A stretch of 29,231 bases of DNA, taken from the NCBI GenBank assembly GCA_003219925.1, contig QHQU01000018.1:1-29231 (forward strand), in the 5' to 3' direction. Both the position numbers and the translations under genes were made by a program. The stretch's first letter is position 1, and each line of letters opens with the position of its first letter. Source of the stretch: Verrucomicrobiota bacterium. Its GTDB lineage: Bacteria; Verrucomicrobiota; Verrucomicrobiia; Chthoniobacterales; UBA10450. The notes below the pieces were generated by a model that did not search any database, was not told where the DNA came from, and was given only the letters and a program-made list of their open reading frames with translations. Shown here piece by piece: positions 19,701-26,988 of the stretch.

Positions 19701-20614
19701 GACCACGCATCGTTTTGGCAGGCGGCAGCGGATTTATCGGTCAATCGCTTTCGCCCTTTCTGATTTCGAAAAATTACGAAGTGATCGTGCTCACTCGCGC
19801 GGAATCGGATCAGCGCGGCGCCCTCCGTAAGGCGCATTGGGACGGTAAAACGCTGGGTGATTGGATTCAGTTCGTTAACGGCGCAGCCGCGGTGATGAAT
19901 TTGACCGGTCGCAGCATCAATTGCCGCCACACTCCCGAAAATCGACGCGAGATTATCGATTCCCGCGTCGATTCAGTGCGCGTGCTGGGTCAGGCAATTG
20001 AGCGATGCGCGCAGCCGCCGCAGGTATTTGTGCAGTTCGCAGGTGTCGGAATTTACGGCGATAAAGGCGAACGCCTTTGCGACGAGACGACCGCGCCCGG
20101 CGACGATTTCGTGGCCGAGGTTTGTCAAAGGTGGGAAGCGGCATTCGATTCTGTCGACGCCTCCAAGACGCGCAAAGTTTTATTGCGACTCGGTGTCGTG
20201 CTTGGTCCCAACGGCGGTTTTCTTGAGGTGCTAGGAAGGCTGACCCGCTGGTTCCTCGGTGGCCAGGTCGGGAGCGGACGGCAGTACATCAGTTGGATTC
20301 ACATTACCGACCTGTCGCGCATGCTATTGGCGGGCGTTGAAAATCAGGAACTTACCGGCACTTTTAACGCCAGCTCGCCGAACCCGGTCCCCAATGCCGA
20401 ATTCATGCGCGAATTGCGCCGGGCGCTGCATCGACCGTGGAGTCCGCCCGTTCCGGAATTTGCCGCCCGCATCGGTTCGTATTTGATGGGAACGGAAGTG
20501 AGTCTAGCCCTCGTTAGTCAGCGGTGCGTTCCGAAACGCTTCCTGGAAAACGGTTTCAATTTTGAATTTCCAACTTTGCGCGAGGCGCTAACGAACATTT
20601 TTCCAAGCCAATGA
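19697..20614 (+). CDS. TIGR01777-family NAD-dependent epimerase/oxidoreductase (YfcH/YfhF-like)
   Basis: LAGGSGFIG Rossmann motif, VMNLTG, SRVDS, LRLGVVL, GSGRQYISWIH, QRCVPKR, FEFPTLREAL. Confidence 0.92.
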   Translation: MRPRIVLAGGSGFIGQSLSPFLISKNYEVIVLTRAESDQRGALRKAHWDGKTLGDWIQFVNGAAAVMNLTGRSINCRHTPENRREIIDSRVDSVRVLGQAIERCAQPPQVFVQFAGVGIYGDKGERLCDETTAPGDDFVAEVCQRWEAAFDSVDASKTRKVLLRLGVVLGPNGGFLEVLGRLTRWFLGGQVGSGRQYISWIHITDLSRMLLAGVENQELTGTFNASSPNPVPNAEFMRELRRALHRPWSPPVPEFAARIGSYLMGTEVSLALVSQRCVPKRFLENGFNFEFPTLREALTNIFPSQ

Positions 20615-20622
20615 ACGCGTTT

Positions 20623-20704
20623 GTCATCCTGAGCGAAGCGAAGGATCCCGCGGCGAAAGCTTAAAGATCACATGGCGGGATCCCTCGACTTCGCTCGGGA
20701 TGAC
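20623..20704. repeat. Palindromic element family A, most intact copy (82 bp)
   Basis: GTCATCCTGAGCGAAGCGAAGGATCCCG...CGGGATCCCTCGACTTCGCTCGGGATGAC. Confidence 0.9.
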
Positions 20705-20729
20705 GGAGCTAGCTGACCGAACGACCTAA

Positions 20730-21170
20730 ATGAAGTCCTCACTCCTCAATCTCGCCTCTCTCGAACTTGCCTTGCGCGTCGTAGCAGTCGCACAGTTCGC
20801 CGTCGCAATTCTGAATCTGTTTCTGATTCGCATCATGAAATGGAAACCCGATCTCGAGCGGGCTCCGCTCATTATCCGCGAAGTCTTCCGCATTCATGTC
20901 GTTTTCATTTCCATCACGTTGTCGATCTTCGCCGCCCTGACCTGGCGGTTCGCCTATGAAATCGCCCGCGCCTCCAGTCCGCTGACAATTTGGCTCGCGG
21001 TAGCGATCGGATTATTCTGGCTCGTTCGCTCCGCCATGCAGTGGCTGCATTACAGCCCGAGCCATTGGCGGGGCGATGCGCTGCGAACCGTGATTCATTG
21101 GGCGCTTTTTCTCGGTTATGGCGCCATGGCAACCGTCTATCTCGCGGCCGCGTTTTGGAGAAATGCATGA
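20730..21170 (+). CDS. Hypothetical 4-TM membrane protein, paralog of 19305-19700
   Basis: Q.....L.....R...W...L.......R..F.....F pattern shared with the 19305 protein; ATGA overlap with the next gene. Confidence 0.8.
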   Translation: MKSSLLNLASLELALRVVAVAQFAVAILNLFLIRIMKWKPDLERAPLIIREVFRIHVVFISITLSIFAALTWRFAYEIARASSPLTIWLAVAIGLFWLVRSAMQWLHYSPSHWRGDALRTVIHWALFLGYGAMATVYLAAAFWRNA

Positions 21171-21961
21171 GCGAGACGCTCGCGGTTTTGGATGGAAGCG
21201 AGACCGCGAGAAAACGTTTGTTATCGATCCGCGGCGAACCGCTTTTCTACGCGGACTGGGACAACGTCATTTTCATTCATTACCAAACCGATCCGCAGGA
21301 ATTGCAGCGCTGCATTCCGTACCATCTCGATCTTTATGATGGGAGCGCGTTTGTCAGCCTCGTTGCATTCACCATGCGTGGAATGCGGCCACGATTTGGC
21401 GGATCATTAAGCGCGCTCTTCTTCAAACCGATCTCGACTCATCACTTTCTCAACGTTCGCACCTACGTCACAGATGAAGCGGAAGCGGGAATTTATTTCA
21501 TGCAGGAATGGCTTTCGAGTCGGCTGGCGACGTGGCTGGGTCCCTGCAGCTTCGGGTTGCCATATCGATTCGCGCAAATGGATTACCACCGCAATCACGA
21601 GCATGAGCAGCGGGGAAAAATAGAAGCGAGTGCAGGCTCGTTCCATTTTTGCGCCACTCTCGAACCGAATGATCCCGGGATCTGCGCGCCGGGTTCGCTC
21701 GACGAATTTTTGCTCGAGCGTTACACCGCTTTCACGCAATTCGGGAAGTGTCGCCGGTTCTTTCGCATCTGGCACGAACCATGGCAGCGAGTTCCCGCGG
21801 ATATCCAAATCGCAACTGATCGTTTGATTCAGTCGACCGGAAGATGGTGGCGGTCCGCGCGTTGCATCGGAGCGAATTACTCAACCGGGGTGAAGGTCTG
21901 GATGGGTTGGCCGCACGCGATCGGCGACTCCAGGGTGATCCCTTTGATCGGCTATGAATAG
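21167..21961 (+). CDS. DUF2071 / YqjF-family protein
   Basis: W..V.F.HY..DP..L, AFVSLVAF.M, NVRTYV, GIYF, GLPY, FLLERY, IWHEPW. Start at ATG 21167 (ATGA overlap). Confidence 0.85.
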   Translation: MSETLAVLDGSETARKRLLSIRGEPLFYADWDNVIFIHYQTDPQELQRCIPYHLDLYDGSAFVSLVAFTMRGMRPRFGGSLSALFFKPISTHHFLNVRTYVTDEAEAGIYFMQEWLSSRLATWLGPCSFGLPYRFAQMDYHRNHEHEQRGKIEASAGSFHFCATLEPNDPGICAPGSLDEFLLERYTAFTQFGKCRRFFRIWHEPWQRVPADIQIATDRLIQSTGRWWRSARCIGANYSTGVKVWMGWPHAIGDSRVIPLIGYE

Positions 21962-21966
21962 ATTTT

Positions 21967-22362
21967 ATGAATACGCGGCTACGCACTATTAAAATCATCT
22001 CGCGAATCGCGCTCGGGCTGGTCTGGTTTTATGAGGGCCTGGTGCCCAAGATTTTGTTTCTCCGCGCGGATGAAATCGGTCTTGTGCAAAGCTCACATTT
22101 GGTATGGCAGACACCGGAATTGACCCTGCAAATTCTCGGCGTGGCGCAGACACTGGCTGGCCTGTGGCTCATCATCGGATTGGCGGAGCGAACTGCCGTA
22201 TTCATCGCGACATCGTGGATGCTGATCTTGATCGCGCTGGTAGCGTCAGGAAATCCGTCGATGCTGGTCGATCCTTACGGCGCGCTGGTGAAAGATCTTT
22301 GCCTGATCGCATGCGCAATCACGGTGTGGACCCTCGGCCGGACACAGTTTGCTCCTGGCTAG
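21967..22362 (+). CDS. DoxX-like family membrane protein
   Basis: GLVWFYEGLVPKIL...G.....G.W...G, DPYGALVKDLCL; 4 TM. Confidence 0.8.
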   Translation: MNTRLRTIKIISRIALGLVWFYEGLVPKILFLRADEIGLVQSSHLVWQTPELTLQILGVAQTLAGLWLIIGLAERTAVFIATSWMLILIALVASGNPSMLVDPYGALVKDLCLIACAITVWTLGRTQFAPG

Positions 22363-22400
22363 CGCAGCGTGCAATGCGCGTGCTTTTGCGCCAGGAGAAT

Positions 22401-24065
22401 TCACGAAGGCGCGACCAGATCGCGGGCCATCGTATCCCGCCGCTGCGTTATATCGAGAGCGAACTCAAGGATCAGCCAGAAAGCGAGGAATTGGGTCAGA
22501 AGGGTGGAGTACATTTGCACGGTGATATAGCGGTGAACTTCGAGCGAATTGACAATCGCTACCTCGAGACAACTGGCGGCGTTGTATGCAGAACCAAACA
22601 AGACTAGTGCTGCCAGCCACTTCAAACGCCGCCAGCGCGCCTGTTTCCAAAAAATTATTGTGCTTAAAATGAGCGCGAGCAAAAGCAAAGACAGATAGCT
22701 GACCGCGAGATCAGCTAGTACGTGTCGGAGAAGGCCTTGTTGTTTGATAGCGGGCGCGTTCTCTGCCAGTGATTTCGTCCGTTGCATAAAATCCGTGAGT
22801 GCCGGGAGCGATCGCGCAATTTTGCGATAGTCTTCCGAGTCGAGGGAAGTAGCGGCTCGTTCATAGACGTCCATCAGCGGCCAAATTTTCATCGACGCAT
22901 AGGCAGGGCAATCCGGGTAATAATAAATCGAAAATTGACGCGCCACTTTTTGGAGAGCGCGAAACGGTCGACGCTGCCACGTTCGCCAATAATAAAAGCG
23001 ATAAAAATCGCAAAGAGCAGAGACGTTGCTGCCGAACTCCCGTCTCAATTGCGTCGTGATTGAGCTCGGATCGAACCACAAATACTCGGGGTTAAACTTA
23101 AGAGACGGATAATGTCCGGGGTAGTTCGTCTGAGATTTACCGATCTCGCTATCCAATGCGGCATAAACGCGCTCGAGCCACTCCCTCGAATAGGGAAGGT
23201 GGGCGTTTTCCTTCAGATCCTCAGCCATTTGATCGCGAATGAGATCGGCGTGAATAACAAAAAGCATTGTTGGCAGGAAAGTCTGGCTCTCTGCATCCTT
23301 GCGACTGAGGATGCACTCCGGCCACAGCACTAGCGCTGCAGTCACTGCGATAGCGAGGCCGAGGGCGATTTTCTGCCGCCACCAATTTTGTCGGAGAAAG
23401 AAGGCAACGACCGGCACCATTACGACGATGGCAGCGAACCAAAAGCTCGGTTTCGCCGATCCCAGTAAGAGTGAAGTCAACACAATTGCGTTTCCGCAGA
23501 CGACGGCGCTAGTTCGCCGGTGCTCTAGGAAAGAGCAGCTAATGAACTGAACCGCAAAATAGAGATTAATACTGATCAAAAACGCGCAGACGCCTTCAGG
23601 TCGAAGCTGCGTCTCAGTTCGATTAGTATCACTGGCGAGAAGATAAATCGCGGTGCCGGCCAAGCCGAATGCATCATGAAGGGAAGGATTGACTAACGAG
23701 TCCGGGACAAAGACACGGAGACGTCGCCAGGTAAGCAAAAATAACCCGCCCGCGGCCAGGCCAAGTAAATGCTGTACGACCCCGATCGCCCGAAAATCTC
23801 CGAAACCGCGCAACACCAAATAGAGGAAACCCGGATAGAGAAAATTACGGCCCTGACTGTGACCAAATTCGGCACCGGTCAATTTTCGCAGCGCGGGCGA
23901 AAGATAACCCCAGGTATCGGGATCAGCAATTGGATCCAGCGGCAGCTTAAAGCGTTGCCAAACCGCCCAGGCAAAGATGAATGCGACCGTAGCCCAATAA
24001 CAAATCGGCCAAAGCAAATCTTTTCCCGGGCGGAATGATTGCCTGCTGGCGAGCTGCCCCATCAT
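22401..24065 (-). CDS. Polytopic membrane protein, GT-C (ArnT/PMT-like) glycosyltransferase candidate, paralog 1
   Basis: Acidic DPD after TM1, R...YP, LRPEG, AKP, a large soluble loop and a late HRY. Start at MMGQLAS chosen by alignment with paralog 2. Confidence 0.7.
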   Translation of the reverse strand: MMGQLASRQSFRPGKDLLWPICYWATVAFIFAWAVWQRFKLPLDPIADPDTWGYLSPALRKLTGAEFGHSQGRNFLYPGFLYLVLRGFGDFRAIGVVQHLLGLAAGGLFLLTWRRLRVFVPDSLVNPSLHDAFGLAGTAIYLLASDTNRTETQLRPEGVCAFLISINLYFAVQFISCSFLEHRRTSAVVCGNAIVLTSLLLGSAKPSFWFAAIVVMVPVVAFFLRQNWWRQKIALGLAIAVTAALVLWPECILSRKDAESQTFLPTMLFVIHADLIRDQMAEDLKENAHLPYSREWLERVYAALDSEIGKSQTNYPGHYPSLKFNPEYLWFDPSSITTQLRREFGSNVSALCDFYRFYYWRTWQRRPFRALQKVARQFSIYYYPDCPAYASMKIWPLMDVYERAATSLDSEDYRKIARSLPALTDFMQRTKSLAENAPAIKQQGLLRHVLADLAVSYLSLLLLALILSTIIFWKQARWRRLKWLAALVLFGSAYNAASCLEVAIVNSLEVHRYITVQMYSTLLTQFLAFWLILEFALDITQRRDTMARDLVAPS

Positions 24066-24095
24066 TTCGAAGCACGGCCCAATCTTGCGCAAGAG

Positions 24096-25778
24096 TTATG
24101 GTTTATCGCCTGCTCCTGTTGGTTGAACCGCACCTTGCCTTCGGCACTCCCACATTTGCACAACGAATTCGAGGATAAACCACAAGCCGAGAAGCTGTGC
24201 CAACAGAGTAGAATACATTTGCACGGTCATGTAACGGTGAATCTCGAGCGAAGTGATGGTTGCCACTTCAAGGCAACAGGCTGCGTTAAATGAGAACCAG
24301 AACACGACCAGGGCCGCGATCCAGTTCAGCCGTCGCCAGCGCCCTGAAGTTAGGGCAACGATCACGGCAAGAACGAGAGCTACGGCAAGCGAGGTCGAAT
24401 AGCTAATCGACATCAGCAAAACAGCTATCGGAATTAGTGGAAGAAGCAGAGGCTGTCGAAAGCGCAACTCGCGCCGGGCAAGCTCTTCCGTCCGGTTCAT
24501 GAAATCCACAGCCGGCGGATAACCCATCCAGACTTTGCGACAGATTGGGTCACTGAGAGAAACGACACTATATTGATATTCGCCGCCCAGCTTTCGGCTT
24601 ATTCTAGGGTCATAGGCCCGGCAGTACGGCAGATAGAAAATTTGCATCTGCCGCGCAACCTTTGCCAGAACCTGGAGCGGCCGTTTTTCCCAAATCCGCC
24701 CGTAATAAAACCGGTAAAACGCGCAAAGCGCTGCAACATCACCACGAAATTCGCGACGGGCTTGGACCGCGATTGAGTTGGGATCGTACATCAGAAAATC
24801 AGCGTCAAAGCCGAGGGACCGGTAGGCGTACTGCCGAGCCGTACGAGATTTTTCGATCTCGGTCCGCAGCGCAAGGTAGAGGCGTTCCAGCCGATCGCGC
24901 GGATATGGAAGACTGACATTTTTTGCCAAATCGTTTGCCAACTGGTCACGAATAAGCTCGGCATGAAATACGAAAAGCGTGGTCGGCAAGAATGTCCGGC
25001 TCATTTCATCATTGCGACTGAGAAAGTGTTCCGGCAACAAAAGGACGGCGGCGCTAAAGACGAACCCGAGAGAAAACCAAACCTTTTGCCACCACCAACC
25101 ACTCCGCCAAAACAAGGCAATGATTGGCGACAATACAAAAAGCGAAGCCAGACCAAAACTTGGCTTGATCGAAGCGAGAAAGATTGCGGTAAAGGCAAGC
25201 GCAATCGCATATGCAACCGTGGCCGTGCGCCGGTGCTGCAGAAAAAAACAGGCAAGAAATTGGATTAGCAGATAAAAAGTAATGCTGACGACAAACGCGC
25301 AGATGCCTTCGGGCCGGATGTCTTTCTCGAAAACAATCGTCTGCCACTGCAGGAGAAAGATCGCGGCCCCAACCAATCCCAGCAGATCGTGAGCAACGTG
25401 GCCAATCCGCGGATTTGCCACGAAAATGCGCGCACGCTTCCAGGTGAGTAAGAAAACTGCACCGGCCAAAAGTCCGAGGAAATGTTGAGCGATGGTGATG
25501 GCGCGAAAATCCGCAAAAAGGCGGAGAACCAAGAAGACAAAGCCTGGATAAACGAAATTGCGTCCGTTGGTGTGGCCAAATTCGGCACCGGTTAATTTTC
25601 GGAGAGCGGGCGAGAGATAGCCCCAGGTATCGGGATCGGCAATTGGATCGAGTGGGAGCTTAAAGCGTTGCCAAATCGCCCCGGCAAAAACGAGCGCAAG
25701 CAGAGTCCAATAAAAAAGCCGCCAAAGCGAATCTTCGCTCAGCCGAAACGATTGATTGCTTGCGAGCGGCGCGATCAT
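24096..25778 (-). CDS. GT-C glycosyltransferase candidate, paralog 2
   Basis: Identical block WQRFKLPLDPIADPDTWGYLSPALRKLTGAEFGH; DNA at 25576-25681 is similar to 23863-23968. Start set at ATG 25778 to avoid overlap with tgt. Confidence 0.7.
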   Translation of the reverse strand: MIAPLASNQSFRLSEDSLWRLFYWTLLALVFAGAIWQRFKLPLDPIADPDTWGYLSPALRKLTGAEFGHTNGRNFVYPGFVFLVLRLFADFRAITIAQHFLGLLAGAVFLLTWKRARIFVANPRIGHVAHDLLGLVGAAIFLLQWQTIVFEKDIRPEGICAFVVSITFYLLIQFLACFFLQHRRTATVAYAIALAFTAIFLASIKPSFGLASLFVLSPIIALFWRSGWWWQKVWFSLGFVFSAAVLLLPEHFLSRNDEMSRTFLPTTLFVFHAELIRDQLANDLAKNVSLPYPRDRLERLYLALRTEIEKSRTARQYAYRSLGFDADFLMYDPNSIAVQARREFRGDVAALCAFYRFYYGRIWEKRPLQVLAKVARQMQIFYLPYCRAYDPRISRKLGGEYQYSVVSLSDPICRKVWMGYPPAVDFMNRTEELARRELRFRQPLLLPLIPIAVLLMSISYSTSLAVALVLAVIVALTSGRWRRLNWIAALVVFWFSFNAACCLEVATITSLEIHRYMTVQMYSTLLAQLLGLWFILEFVVQMWECRRQGAVQPTGAGDKP

Positions 25779-25794
25779 TTCCAAGGTTCCGCCA

Positions 25795-26970
25795 ATGTTT
25801 GAAGTAAGGGCGACGGATAAAAGCACAAAAGCGCGCTCTGGGCGGCTCACAACTGGACACGGCGTGATCGAGACGCCGGCGTTCATGCCCGTAGGAACCC
25901 AGGGCAGCGTCAAAGCCGTTAGCTCGCGAGAGCTTCGCGAACTCAACACCCAAATTGTTCTCGGGAATACTTATCACCTGTTTGTCCGACCAGGACTCGA
26001 CGTCATTCGGCACCTGGGTGGATTGCATAGTTTTATGAATTGGGATGGGCCAATTCTGACGGACAGCGGTGGTTACCAGATTTTTTCGCTCACGAAATTG
26101 CGTAAGATTACGGAGGAGGGCGCGCATTTCCAAAATCACGTCGATGGGACGCCGGCTTTTATTTCGCCGGAAATCGCGATGCAAATTCAGACCGCGCTCG
26201 GCAGCGACATTGCCATGGTGCTGGATGAATGTCCGCCGTGGCCATGTGAGTACGATTATGCGGCACGAAGCGCGGAATTGACGGCACGGTGGGCGCAGCG
26301 ATGTAAACGCGCTGTAGAGGCAGGCGTGTCGCCTGCAAATCTTAACAATGCGGTCGGCGCGGCCGCCACTACAGCCAATCCTCTCCTTTTCGGCATCGTC
26401 CAGGGTGCGACGTTCCCGGAACTACGCAAACGAAGCGCCCTGGCGCTGGTTGAAATCGGATTCGATGGCTATGCCATCGGTGGCGTAAGCGTGGGCGAAC
26501 CGGAGGAGGAAATGATGCGCGCGATCGAATCGGGTGCGCAATTTTTACCGGAAAACAGACCCCGCTACGCGATGGGACTGGGGACGCCGCCGCAATTGCT
26601 GGAGCTGATCGCGCGCGGAATGGATATGTTCGATTGCGTGTTGCCGACCCGGCTGGCGCGCAATGGGACCGCGTTCGCGAGTTCTGGCACGCTCAATCTG
26701 AAGAACGCCGAGTTCGCGCGCGACAAAAATCCAATCGAGCAAGATTGCGCCTGCCCGGCCTGCCAGGAGTACACGCGTGGTTACATCCGTCATCTTATCA
26801 AAGCTGAAGAAATTCTCGGGCTGCGTTTGATCACCCTGCACAACCTGCATTTCTATCTTGAGCTGATGCGACGGGCGCGCGCCGCCATTACGGGTGGCGA
26901 TTTCGAGGCGTTTCGGAATGATTTTGTCTCTAGGTATAAGGTTCGCGAGCCCTTCAATTTTTCGGCTTAA
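25795..26970 (+). CDS. tgt: tRNA-guanine transglycosylase (bacterial preQ1 type)
   Basis: TPAFMPVGTQG, GNTYHL, TDSGGYQ, LDEC, FGIVQG, GGVSVGE, DMFDCVLPTRLARNG, Zn site CACPAC...HN. Start MFEV at 25795. Confidence 0.97.
   Translation: MFEVRATDKSTKARSGRLTTGHGVIETPAFMPVGTQGSVKAVSSRELRELNTQIVLGNTYHLFVRPGLDVIRHLGGLHSFMNWDGPILTDSGGYQIFSLTKLRKITEEGAHFQNHVDGTPAFISPEIAMQIQTALGSDIAMVLDECPPWPCEYDYAARSAELTARWAQRCKRAVEAGVSPANLNNAVGAAATTANPLLFGIVQGATFPELRKRSALALVEIGFDGYAIGGVSVGEPEEEMMRAIESGAQFLPENRPRYAMGLGTPPQLLELIARGMDMFDCVLPTRLARNGTAFASSGTLNLKNAEFARDKNPIEQDCACPACQEYTRGYIRHLIKAEEILGLRLITLHNLHFYLELMRRARAAITGGDFEAFRNDFVSRYKVREPFNFSA
26311..26375. repeat. GTAG-type REPIN inserted in frame in tgt
   Basis: Terminal inverted repeats GCTGTAGAGGC/GCCACTACAGC; hairpins GCAGGCG-TGT-CGCCTGC and GCGGTCG-GCG-CGGCCGC. 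Confidence 0.8.
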
Positions 26971-26988
26971 GCAGTAGCGCAGCGCAAT

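Noticed and set aside
25795-26970. TGT might be a queuine-salvaging (eukaryote/Chlamydia-like) variant
   Set aside because: It retains the Cys in LDEC and the Val in GGVSVGE typical of preQ1-inserting bacterial enzymes.
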